Assembly: GCF_011602085.1 (NCBI RefSeq)
Contig: NZ_JAAONY010000004.1
Span: 93,472-157,471 of the forward strand
DNA: 64,000 bases
Source of the DNA: Pseudoteredinibacter isoporae
Lineage (GTDB): Bacteria > Pseudomonadota > Gammaproteobacteria > Pseudomonadales > Cellvibrionaceae
Reading direction: 5' to 3'
Shown piece by piece: positions 9,875 through 18,429 of this stretch. Position 1 is the stretch's first letter. Every line of letters begins with the position of its first letter. The notes under the pieces are model-generated. The model saw only the letters and a program-made list of their open reading frames with translations. It had not been told where the DNA came from and did not search any database. The position numbers were made by a program, and so were the translations under genes.

Positions 9875-10453
9875 TTAACTGGCGACCAGAGCAACGGTGC
9901 AAACCGCAGCAGTTAAAAAGCCCAGATACACAGCGGGCTTCAGGTATCGCCGATTGGGCAATAACAGAATTAAACCGCTGATGGAAAACAGTAAAATCAG
10001 CACCGAACTGACATCGAGCAGCAGCTTCCAGGCGAGGCCGGTATGACGCCCTTTATGCAAATCGTTCATCCAGGCCCAAACACCAAAATCACTGCGGCTG
10101 GCAGTCACCAAGCCACTTTCCAGTTCCAGTTCGCCACTGGCAAAACCACCGGGCATCTGCGCATCAAAAAACAGTACTTCCCCGTCATCTTCGATTTTTA
10201 GCTGACTGAAGTTCAGGCCTAAAGCCTGTTCAATCTGCCCAATCTGGTTTGGGCTGAACTGAGCGCCTTGTTCGGCTTTGTAGGCGTCCAGTTGAAATTC
10301 AATTTCCTGTTCCTGGGCTTCACCAACGAACCAGCTGGGGTGGTTCAGGGTAATGCCCGTGAAGGCGAAGAACAGCAGTAACAGCAACAGGGCAATCGCT
10401 GCGTAAATATGGAGCAATCGGGACCAGCGCCACAGAGTTTTGTTTACTTTCAT
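9875..10453 (-). CDS. PepSY-associated TM-helix protein (short, about 190 aa)
   Basis: Has the paired PepSY_TM signature WRWSRLLHIYAAIALLL...TGITL and NDLHKGRHTGLAWKLLLDVSSVLILLFSISGLILL. ATG at 10453. Confidence 0.6.
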   Translation of the reverse strand: MKVNKTLWRWSRLLHIYAAIALLLLLLFFAFTGITLNHPSWFVGEAQEQEIEFQLDAYKAEQGAQFSPNQIGQIEQALGLNFSQLKIEDDGEVLFFDAQMPGGFASGELELESGLVTASRSDFGVWAWMNDLHKGRHTGLAWKLLLDVSSVLILLFSISGLILLLPNRRYLKPAVYLGFLTAAVCTVALVAS

Positions 10454-10456
10454 GGT

Positions 10457-11836
10457 TTAGCGTGTGTTTTGTTGTCTTATCAGTCTCTGAAGAATGTCCA
10501 TATTTGCAATCAAGTCCCTGCGGCTCGGATCGAGCTTCAGTATGTTTTGTAAAAAGCCTTGCGCGGCCTTGTAGCGTTTTTGCAGGTAGGCCACCTGGGC
10601 ACGTTTCATCCAGGCCGCTTCGCGGCTGTTGTCCATGGAAGCCGCGCGACTCAAAAGGATGTCTGCACGGCTTAGCTGTCCTTGTTCGATACGCAATTGG
10701 GCGAGATCCAAAATGGCGTCGCCATTGGCCGGGTTGTGCTTGAGCGCTTGTTGCAGCAGGCTTGCCTGGCGTTTGCTTTGGCCTTTATTGGCCGCCAGCT
10801 TGGCACGCTGCAAACTCCAGTGACTCAGGTCTACAGAACGGTACTGTTTGCTTTGAGCTTTGCTGGCCTGAATCAGCGTGGCGAGATCATTCCAGTGACC
10901 GTGTGATGCCAACCACTCCAACATCGGGCCGAGGTAACCATAGTCTTTCAGCAGGCTGGGGCTTTGCTTGGCGATATGAACGGCACGAGAAATGTTTCCG
11001 GACTGCACATTAAGTTGCGCCAGCAGTTGCAGATTCTGCTTCTGTTTTTCGCCCAGGCGATACGCCATTTCCATCGCGGTCAGTGCGCGATTCTTTTGTT
11101 CAGCTGCGATTGCGGCATTGGCTTTGTGCAGCCAGAGTTCACGGTTGTTTGGATCATCCCGCAGCAGTTCATCAATCAAACTGTTAGCTTGCAAGTGCGA
11201 GCGCGATTGACTCAAGGCCATTAGCAAACCTTTCTGCCAGTGCTTGTTCTCGGGCGCAAGGGCGTAGGCTCTCTGATAGGCAGCGACAGAGCTGAATGCC
11301 GAATGTTCGCGCAAATTCAGGTAGCCCAGTTGACCGAACAGATCTGCGCTGGCACCGCCGAGCGCAATGGTTTGTGCGAGATACTGACGTGCCTTTCCCG
11401 CTTGATTTTGACTCAGTGCAAGCCCTGCCAGAGATTGGCTGGCCAACATATAATCGCCATGCAGTTTGATGGACTTCAGATAGTCTTTTTCAGCCTGCGA
11501 GTATTGTTTAAGTTGGGTGAGCACTTGCGCACGGACGTAAAGCAGTGCGGCGCTGGGTTCACTGGGCCAATGCTCTTTCAACTGGGTGTTGGCCCTGCTG
11601 TATTGTTTTTTATCCAGCAGTGGGCGTATGGCATCAATGATCGGAAATTCTTCGGTTTTCAACTTCGGATTGCTGCCCCCGCTGGCCAGCGGTTTGAAAC
11701 TCATGGCCCAATTGGGTTCAGGCAAAGAAATTTTGACATCCGCGCTTGCCGGCAGACTCAAAACCACTAAGCCCAGGCTGAAAACAAGGCCATTGAGGAA
11801 CTGCCGGGCTCGTATTGAGGTATTAAAAAATAGCAT
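10457..11836 (-). CDS. TPR-repeat protein (TtpD-like accessory of TonB2 systems), secreted
   Basis: Signal peptide MLFFNTSIRARQFLNGLVFSLGLVVLSLPASA, then multiple TPR-like helical repeats. ATG 11836 has GAGGT upstream; the track start at 11848 is TTG. Confidence 0.7.
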   Translation of the reverse strand: MLFFNTSIRARQFLNGLVFSLGLVVLSLPASADVKISLPEPNWAMSFKPLASGGSNPKLKTEEFPIIDAIRPLLDKKQYSRANTQLKEHWPSEPSAALLYVRAQVLTQLKQYSQAEKDYLKSIKLHGDYMLASQSLAGLALSQNQAGKARQYLAQTIALGGASADLFGQLGYLNLREHSAFSSVAAYQRAYALAPENKHWQKGLLMALSQSRSHLQANSLIDELLRDDPNNRELWLHKANAAIAAEQKNRALTAMEMAYRLGEKQKQNLQLLAQLNVQSGNISRAVHIAKQSPSLLKDYGYLGPMLEWLASHGHWNDLATLIQASKAQSKQYRSVDLSHWSLQRAKLAANKGQSKRQASLLQQALKHNPANGDAILDLAQLRIEQGQLSRADILLSRAASMDNSREAAWMKRAQVAYLQKRYKAAQGFLQNILKLDPSRRDLIANMDILQRLIRQQNTR

Positions 11837-11844
11837 AGGAGACC

Positions 11845-12528
11845 TCAACTGTGCTCCAGTTCTAGTGGCCAGATAAATTCGGCTTTTACCAACTTTCCAT
11901 CGACTTTGGGCGGCGTAAAGCGAGCTTGATTAATGGCTTGTTTTAAACTGGGTTTGAGTTCCGGATATTTTAATTGGGTGATTCTTTGCAAATGCACCTG
12001 GCCTTGCTCGTCGATCATCACCAGCAATTTGACCAGCGCTTTATTGACACCACGTTGGTACAGTCGGTGAGGAAAACTCACGCGAATCGGCGTCAGCAAT
12101 TGTGGTCGCTGGTCCAGCTGTTCCAGCCCAAAGGCCTGCCAATCGGGAGACCAATCAATGTTTAAATTAACCTGAGTCAAACTGTCGACAGGTGGTTTTT
12201 CGACTTTTATCTCGTTGACTTTGACCGGTTGTTTACTGACTTTCAAAGCTAAGCCCTGTGCTTGAAAGCTGAAATCCAGATCGGCAACCTGGCTGCTTTC
12301 CTGACTTTGTTCCTGGGCCGGTGGCGGTGGTGGGGGCGGCAGCGCAACACTGATCTGGCGCACGACCCAGTCTTTCTTTTCCGGTACCTTGTCGGATTTA
12401 CTCAGCTGCAGCAATGCCAATAAGGCGGCCAGGCTCAGACCGGCAAATAATATCGCCAGTGCCCGGCGGGCAAACGGTGAAAATGCTTGCGCTTTTGAAA
12501 GCTGTGAACTCATTGCACCCGTTGCCAT
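11845..12528 (-). CDS. tonB: Energy transducer TonB
   Basis: N-terminal TM anchor, proline-rich spacer PPPPPPPAQEQSQ and a TonB C-terminal domain. ATG 12528 has GGGAG upstream and abuts the exbD stop. Confidence 0.8.
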   Translation of the reverse strand: MATGAMSSQLSKAQAFSPFARRALAILFAGLSLAALLALLQLSKSDKVPEKKDWVVRQISVALPPPPPPPAQEQSQESSQVADLDFSFQAQGLALKVSKQPVKVNEIKVEKPPVDSLTQVNLNIDWSPDWQAFGLEQLDQRPQLLTPIRVSFPHRLYQRGVNKALVKLLVMIDEQGQVHLQRITQLKYPELKPSLKQAINQARFTPPKVDGKLVKAEFIWPLELEHS

Positions 12529-12530
12529 CG

Positions 12531-12941
12531 TTAGCTCCCTCGCTTGGTCGCGATATTGATTTGACTGGCGCCTGCCAGCTTGGCTTGGTCGATCACATCC
12601 ACCAGCAGTTGAGCCGAGGTGTTTTTATCCGCTTGAATCACCAAGGCTTTTTTCTGCTTGGCCAGGGCGTGGGCGATGGTTGCGCGCACGCCGGAGACAC
12701 CGATATTGGCACCGTCGTACATGACTTCGCCGCTGGCGCTGATGGCCAACAGAATCACATTGCGTTCCAGGCGTTCGCTCGAAACGGCTTTGGGTTTATC
12801 CACTTCAATACCGGTTTCTTTTACAAAAACCGTGGTCACGATAAAGAAGATCAGCAGAATAAAAACGACATCCAACAGCGGAGACAAGTCGATATTGTTG
12901 CCTTGTTCCTGTTCGATGCGCTGGCTGAGTCTGGATCTCAT
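12531..12941 (-). CDS. exbD: Biopolymer transport protein ExbD/TolR
   Basis: 136 aa with a single TM (LLDVVFILLIFFIVTT) and a periplasmic domain. ATG at 12941. Confidence 0.85.
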   Translation of the reverse strand: MRSRLSQRIEQEQGNNIDLSPLLDVVFILLIFFIVTTVFVKETGIEVDKPKAVSSERLERNVILLAISASGEVMYDGANIGVSGVRATIAHALAKQKKALVIQADKNTSAQLLVDVIDQAKLAGASQINIATKRGS

Positions 12942-12945
12942 ACGC

Positions 12946-13329
12946 CTAAGCCTCGCTCATGCCAGTGTCCGTCTCACCGTATTGGACAAGGCGGCTTTTA
13001 ATGTAGTGGTTGAGCAGGTAGCCGGGTACAGCCAGCAAAAGGCCAAGCTGTGTTGTGCCCAGAGCGGTGCCCACACCGCCAGCGATCAGGGTGTTGAAAT
13101 CCACATGGTCGGCGGCCATATCGGCAAAGGTTTGCAGCAAGCCCATAATGGTGCCGAGCAAACCCAACAGGGGCAGGGCCGCCAGGCAGGCGTCTGCGAG
13201 TTGACAGCGGGATTGCTTCTTTTCCAGGTCTGCGTTGGCATTTAGCAACGTATCAAACAGCAGGCTGTACGCGAGTAAGCCCACCAGCAGAATTGCCCAG
13301 AAAACCCACTGATCAAGATGCAAAATCAT
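12946..13329 (-). CDS. exbB: MotA/TolQ/ExbB proton-channel protein (short ExbB2-type)
   Basis: Core motif LPLLGLLGTIMGLLQTF...GGVGTALGTTQLGLLLAVPG. ATG at 13329 overlaps the upstream stop (ATGA). Confidence 0.75.
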   Translation of the reverse strand: MILHLDQWVFWAILLVGLLAYSLLFDTLLNANADLEKKQSRCQLADACLAALPLLGLLGTIMGLLQTFADMAADHVDFNTLIAGGVGTALGTTQLGLLLAVPGYLLNHYIKSRLVQYGETDTGMSEA

Positions 13330-14696
13330 GCGGCTCTCACCTCGGGTTTTTCAACGGGCCATTGCAATTGGCTCAGCTCGATAGCGAAAGCTTCGGCTTT
13401 ACTGTTTTGACGGCGTACCCAACGTTGCAAAAAGGCGTGCAGCAGCAGAGCAGGAATGGCGACCACCAAGCCCAATTCGGTAGTGACCAGAGCTTCAGAA
13501 ATACCGGACGATACGGCGCTGGCGTCACCCGAGCCAAAAATGGTCATCAGCTTAAAGGTTTCGATCATGCCGCTGACGGTTCCAAGCAGGCCCAACAAGG
13601 GGGCAACGGCGGCGATTACGGCGATTGTGCCTAACCATTTTTCGAGACGCTGCTTGTCGGCCATTAAACTGTTAAACAGGCGATCTTCCCTTGGTCCGAG
13701 TTGCTCTTCCGTCAAACAGATGTTGAGCAGTTGAGCTTGAATGCCCGGCTTTTTCTGTTGCTTAAACAGTGCTTGCAATTGCGCTCCCGCTTCGCGATCG
13801 CCACGCTGGAAGGCTGCGGCTGCACGACTGCCAAGCGCGGGAATCCATTTGGGAAGGCGCAACAGCTGTAGGCTCTTCAATAGGGCACATATCACGGCAA
13901 CGACACCGAAGAACAAAATCGGCAGGGCCCAAACACCGCCTTTAAAAATATGTTCACTCAGGCTTTCTTCTTGCTGTGCCAGTTTGATGGCGCGCTCCAG
14001 ACTGGGGTCAAAATGCAGTTCGCCTTGGCCTTGTTGGGCTTGTGCTTGCCAGCTGCGGCTTTGGGAATCAGAGGCCTGCAGAATAATTTCGGGAATGTCG
14101 TTGTCGTTTAACCAGCCTGCAATGGCTTGTGAATCTGGGGCTTTCGACACCGCCCAGCGAACCGGACCCAGACGGAGAACCTGGGCATCCTGAAGCTGGC
14201 CGTCAGTACTGATAATTTGCTGTGCTTTCCAGCTTGGCAGCAGGGCATCTTGCTGTTCTTGAGCCTGTTGTTCAAACAGGTTCAGCAGGGTATCACTGTT
14301 GTGGCTGTCGTCCAGATCTATCTTGTTGCCCAGATAATCGACCAGGGCATAAGCTTGATAGGCGTCTTGTTCCTGCCAGTTTTTCAGTCGGTCTTGCAGT
14401 TCTTGCAGGGCCAGAGTTTTTTCATCGGCCAGGCGCTGGATGGTGGCCGCCTTATCACGTAAGCCTTCAACTTGAATTTCTGCTTTATGAAGTCGAGTAG
14501 AAAAGGATTGTCTTTCAGCAGACTGCTTTTTCTGTAAAGCAAGAAGCTGACTTTGGGATTTTTTGATATCCCTCATCAGACCGGCTTCAAGCTGATTGTC
14601 GGCCCAACTTGCCGGGCTGAGCAGGGCGGCCGATAGCAGGGTGGTGCTAAGCAATGATCTCGAACGTTTACGTGCGAATCGTTTGAGTGTGATCAT
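13326..14696 (-). CDS. Long MotA/TolQ/ExbB-family protein with N-terminal periplasmic coiled-coil domain (TtpC-like)
   Basis: 456 aa. Signal peptide MITLKRFARKRSRSLLSTTLLSAALLSPASWA, a Gln/Leu-rich coiled coil, then the MotA/TolQ core (AVIAAVAPLLGLLGTVSGMIETF...SSGISEALVTTELGLVVAIP). Matches the TtpC component of Vibrio-type TonB2 systems. Confidence 0.75.
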   Translation of the reverse strand: MITLKRFARKRSRSLLSTTLLSAALLSPASWADNQLEAGLMRDIKKSQSQLLALQKKQSAERQSFSTRLHKAEIQVEGLRDKAATIQRLADEKTLALQELQDRLKNWQEQDAYQAYALVDYLGNKIDLDDSHNSDTLLNLFEQQAQEQQDALLPSWKAQQIISTDGQLQDAQVLRLGPVRWAVSKAPDSQAIAGWLNDNDIPEIILQASDSQSRSWQAQAQQGQGELHFDPSLERAIKLAQQEESLSEHIFKGGVWALPILFFGVVAVICALLKSLQLLRLPKWIPALGSRAAAAFQRGDREAGAQLQALFKQQKKPGIQAQLLNICLTEEQLGPREDRLFNSLMADKQRLEKWLGTIAVIAAVAPLLGLLGTVSGMIETFKLMTIFGSGDASAVSSGISEALVTTELGLVVAIPALLLHAFLQRWVRRQNSKAEAFAIELSQLQWPVEKPEVRAA

Positions 14697-15463
14697 ATGG
14701 CATCACCACTCAATGTTACGGTGATTGGCAACAGGGTGGCTTTTTCAGGCTGCTTGGCCGCTTTGATCAGGGCTTGCAGTTGATCGGCCAGTGCATTGTC
14801 GCTGTGCCACTGCCATTGATCACTCCCCGCTTCACCGTAGCCTGCGTATTGGCCATCCCGACTCAGGTACCAGCCTTTGGAAACACCGAGATAGAGCTGA
14901 TCTACCAATATTTCCTGCTCGCCCTCATCCGCGATTGGCATCAGCGCTTGATGCAGGGTGACTTTTTCTCGAAAGCGGTCAAAGCTTTTGTACATATCGA
15001 GATACAGATCCAGCCGCTTGCTGGGGTGATCCTCCAACAGAGCCAGCTTATTCAAATTTTCCTGCCAGTGTTTCGCCAGTGGTTCGGGTAGCCGAGGCAG
15101 CAGAGCGGTGACATGGCGACTGGCCGATTCCAGAGAGCCTTTGAGTTGCTGTTGGCGGGCCTCCAGAGCGTTTTGTTCGCTGGCCAGTTCTTCGCGTTTT
15201 TGCTGAGCTTTGGTTTTTAAACCGGAGTGTTTATCCAGGTGCTTTTTAAGCCCCGAGCTTTCGGCATTCAACAGCTCAAGGCGCTGTTGCAGAACCTGCT
15301 TTTCCTCTTGCCAGGATAAACGCATCTGTTCACGCTGTTGCTCGATGGCCAGCCATTGTTGCATGAGTCCTTCGAGACGGGAGGCGGGGGATTGTTGGGC
15401 GAGGCTGCCCGCTTGATAGCTCAAGCCCAGCGCCAATGAAGCTGTCAGAATCCAGCGTTTCAC
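14693..15463 (-). CDS. DUF3450-family periplasmic coiled-coil protein (TtpB-like)
   Basis: Signal peptide MKRWILTASLALGLSYQAGSLA and a coiled-coil-rich body. Its GTG start overlaps the stop of the upstream DUF2271 gene (GTGA coupling). It sits immediately 5' of the TtpC-like gene, as in TonB2 operons. Confidence 0.6.
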   Translation of the reverse strand: MKRWILTASLALGLSYQAGSLAQQSPASRLEGLMQQWLAIEQQREQMRLSWQEEKQVLQQRLELLNAESSGLKKHLDKHSGLKTKAQQKREELASEQNALEARQQQLKGSLESASRHVTALLPRLPEPLAKHWQENLNKLALLEDHPSKRLDLYLDMYKSFDRFREKVTLHQALMPIADEGEQEILVDQLYLGVSKGWYLSRDGQYAGYGEAGSDQWQWHSDNALADQLQALIKAAKQPEKATLLPITVTLSGDAI

Positions 15464-15945
15464 GACTTGGCCTCAATGCTCAGTTGGCTGAACTCTCCTT
15501 CCAGTTTGAGTTCACCTTTTTCAGTTAGCGGCCATTCGAACTTCAGACATTTGGCATTGTGGCCGCCGTGTTCCCGGGCGACTTCAGCGCAGAGCTTATA
15601 GGTGCCGGGCGCCAGTTCCTTTGCTTTGCCGTCCAATCCATCCCAAGTGAGGGTGTACACACCTGGCCCTTTTGTTGCACCGGTGACACCGTCGGCGGCA
15701 TGTTCGTTCTTGCGTAGAACGCGTCGCCAAAAGTACTTAAGATCCTTTAACCAGCGGTCATCTTCATACCACAGCTGAACCACACGCTGGGGTTTGTTTT
15801 TGCTGTTGGCAATCCAAACCGCCGCGTAGGGGCGCTCGTAATCCCCAACATTAAAGCTGGGTAACTCGATTTCAATTTGATAAGGGGCAGCCACAGTGCT
15901 GCCGACCCAGCATAGCAGGGCCATCGACAAGGTACTTCTGGACAT
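15460..15945 (-). CDS. DUF2271 domain protein, secreted; carries DGVTGAT flavinylation-type motif
   Basis: ATG at 15945. Signal peptide MSRSTLSMALLCWVGSTVAA. Paralogous to the C-terminus of the ApbE fusion (shared PYAAVWIAN... and AREHGGH). Contains NEHAADGVTGATKGPG, which matches the ApbE substrate consensus D-x-x-[ST]-G-A-[ST]. Confidence 0.7.
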   Translation of the reverse strand: MSRSTLSMALLCWVGSTVAAPYQIEIELPSFNVGDYERPYAAVWIANSKNKPQRVVQLWYEDDRWLKDLKYFWRRVLRKNEHAADGVTGATKGPGVYTLTWDGLDGKAKELAPGTYKLCAEVAREHGGHNAKCLKFEWPLTEKGELKLEGEFSQLSIEAKS

Positions 15946-15965
15946 AAATTAATAATAAGATGGCA

Positions 15966-15990
15966 AATGAGAATCGTTATTATAATTATT
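15966..15990 (-). promoter_or_regulatory. Candidate Fur box in promoter of the 12-gene iron/TonB2 operon
   Basis: aaatgagaatcgttattataattatt matches GATAATGATAATCATTATC at about 14 of 19 positions. It lies 20-45 bp upstream of the first ATG (15945) in an AT-rich intergenic region. Confidence 0.5.
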
Positions 15991-16148
15991 AAAATTAATA
16001 TGGCTAGAACTTTGTATTGAAATTGAGCGACGCGAGTAGGCTTGATCTGGCACTTATTTCCTTGGGCAAAGCACCGGAAATGGAAAAAGAGCCTTTAAAT
16101 CAAGGGGAATAGGTAGGATTTGGTGGGGGTAAAATGGAGCTGCAAGCT

Positions 16149-16186
16149 CTGGCCAGCCGTTGCCTTTTTGGCAACAGCTGGCCAGC
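16149..16186. terminator. Long GC-rich hairpin (16-bp stem, 1 mismatch, loop tttttg) downstream of the 630-aa membrane-protein gene
   Basis: ctggccagccgttgcc-tttttg-ggcaacagctggccag. It begins 13 nt after the stop at 16199 and lacks a clean U-tract on either strand. Possible terminator or insulator between the Fur-regulated promoter and the upstream gene. Confidence 0.4.
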
Positions 16187-16198
16187 TTTGACTGGGGT

Positions 16199-18091
16199 TT
16201 AAGGCTGTTCCGGCTTGTTCAGATCGTCTTCCTGTCGTAAATACCCGGCGGCTTCCTCATCCTGTCGAGTGAGTGCAGGGTTGCTTTGCATGGGAATGGC
16301 ACGGGACTGCTGATTGATGTCATGAATCTGGGAAGCATTGTGCAAATCGCGCTCGCTGGTAATAGCGGCGATGGATTCGCGATCCTTCAGGAAGCTGATC
16401 ACGTCCTGGCGAATACTGGCGAGTTCCTGATCGTTTTTATGCATTTCCAGAATGTAGCGCGGGTGCTCCAGATTGCGCATCCCGCTGGCGGCAAAGGTAC
16501 TGGAAACAATGCGGCTCACAATGACCCAGGGCGTAATGCTTGAACGAACCAGGGTGTTTTCAGAGCGGGTGGAATCGTGAATGCTGGTTCCCGTAGAGAT
16601 CTTGGATTCGGTGAAGGTGCCTTCCACTTTCACATAAATCAGGTGACTCTCAAACTGCATTTCGGCAAAGAACACATGGGCGGCGTTGCTCAGTATACGG
16701 GCAAAGGCGCGAATCAGAACCGCAGCCAGAAACACATGGATCACGGCGGCGGCCAGGCTCGACAGTTCTGCAATTTGCTCATCTGTCAGGGCCGAACCAA
16801 GGCGTTTAAATCCGATCTCGTTCATGTAGTTGTACAGATCGCCCACATTGAAGGCCAGCCAGACGGTCAGCAGGGAAGCGATCAGAAAGCCGACATTACC
16901 CGTAATCAGGCTGAGCATGCGGCTGCTGTTAAACGCGGCGCCGAGATCCATCGCTTTGAATTTGGGCTGCACTTCCTGGATCATTTCTCCGAAGAACTTG
17001 CCTTTGCCTTCCACCTGTTCTTCCAGATTGGGTTCCAGCTCCTGGTAAACCCGGTTCGGTACTTCCTTATAGCGGCGATTGGCCATTACCAAGTTATCAA
17101 GATTGATGAAAATTTCATTGGGGTGAACGGATTCCTGCCAGTTTTCACGCAGCTCAGAAACCTCGGCTTTCGGATCGCAGTAGCCCAGGCGCTTTTTCAG
17201 CATCATGCTGCAAATGACACTGACCACAACTGCGGCAATGCTGATGCCCAGAAGATAAAACAATGTATTGGGTGCCGGCAGCCAGGCCAGCACCTCTTCC
17301 AGCTTGAGAAGGCTCCAGCCGCTGGTTTTCAGAGTAAAGGACAGGGCCAGACCGATAATGACGGGCAGAAGAATTGCTCCAGCGACCACTTTGGTAAGCT
17401 CTTTGCCCCCAAGGCTGGAAATGCGTTTGTCGGCGGTTCGGTTAATGCCCTGGCCGGCGGCTCGCCAAACCAGAATCAGGTAAATCGTCAGCGCAACGGA
17501 GTAGGCCGGGAAGGCGAACTCACCGATCTCTCCGGCAAAACCTGCCAGGGAAACAAAGGCCGTTAATGCATAGGCGATCAGAGCGACAAGGGTTCTCACC
17601 CAGGCGCCAAACAAATGCTGAGCCATATTGCGCACCGGGTAAGGCATAAAGATCAGCTTGGGGAAGATGCTGTGCATAAAGCGGGCGACCAGGCCTTCGG
17701 GTTCAACAAAGGTGGAGTTTTTGCGCCCGACCAGCATTTCGGTCAGTCCCTGGCGGGTATAGGCGAGGTAATCGTATTCTTCCTTGGCGGTGCTGGCTTC
17801 GGAATGGCTGAAATTCTGGGCCAATGAGGTTGGGTGGTTACGGCCAACAAAAAAGCGCAGAGTCGCAATGATGCCACTGGCGCAAAATCGAATGCCGCTG
17901 GCCAGTAGAAACAGCCCAAAGAGAACCAATATCCAGCCCATACCGGCGTTCTCTTTTACGATCGAGGCAGCCTGGAATAACAGGAAAACACCCATTGCCA
18001 CTTCGGCGGCACCGCGCAGGGCTGTTACCGCCCCTTCTTTCTTAAAGGGGTTTCTTAGCCCCAGGTCTATCGAGCCGTAATCAAAAGCCAT
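16199..18091 (-). CDS. Uncharacterised polytopic inner-membrane protein (630 aa)
   Basis: ATG at 18091. At least 10 predicted TM helices in two blocks separated by a charged cytoplasmic loop, plus a 170-aa Ser/Thr-rich C-terminal tail. No motif I can assign to a known family. Confidence 0.6.
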   Translation of the reverse strand: MAFDYGSIDLGLRNPFKKEGAVTALRGAAEVAMGVFLLFQAASIVKENAGMGWILVLFGLFLLASGIRFCASGIIATLRFFVGRNHPTSLAQNFSHSEASTAKEEYDYLAYTRQGLTEMLVGRKNSTFVEPEGLVARFMHSIFPKLIFMPYPVRNMAQHLFGAWVRTLVALIAYALTAFVSLAGFAGEIGEFAFPAYSVALTIYLILVWRAAGQGINRTADKRISSLGGKELTKVVAGAILLPVIIGLALSFTLKTSGWSLLKLEEVLAWLPAPNTLFYLLGISIAAVVVSVICSMMLKKRLGYCDPKAEVSELRENWQESVHPNEIFINLDNLVMANRRYKEVPNRVYQELEPNLEEQVEGKGKFFGEMIQEVQPKFKAMDLGAAFNSSRMLSLITGNVGFLIASLLTVWLAFNVGDLYNYMNEIGFKRLGSALTDEQIAELSSLAAAVIHVFLAAVLIRAFARILSNAAHVFFAEMQFESHLIYVKVEGTFTESKISTGTSIHDSTRSENTLVRSSITPWVIVSRIVSSTFAASGMRNLEHPRYILEMHKNDQELASIRQDVISFLKDRESIAAITSERDLHNASQIHDINQQSRAIPMQSNPALTRQDEEAAGYLRQEDDLNKPEQP

Positions 18092-18429
18092 TTTGACGTC
18101 CTTAGCCTACTTAAGATAAATCGCGCTAAGTGTGCCTGACTCAATCGGGGGCAGCAAGCCCGTTTCAGAAGGGGCCGAGAGTGATCTGGCGCTGGTCTCC
18201 AGGCGGCGCAATATTCAGTTTTGGTTCAGTAACATCAAACGGACTGAACTGGTTAAAAAGTGTGGCTAGTCTTTTGTTGATCTAGTAATTTGTGGTCATT
18301 TCTGGCTGTGGGAGCTAGGGCTTCTACCCATGTGTGTTAACTTAGCCAAGACCGATAAGGGGCACGAATTTGATGGCTTAAACCCATACTGCTTCTTTCT
18401 GGTGTAATTGCTGTAAGGTCTGCCAGGAC

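Noticed and set aside
16577-17566. 329-aa Gly/His-rich plus-strand ORF
   Set aside because: Antisense shadow of the 630-aa membrane protein gene, with no start context.
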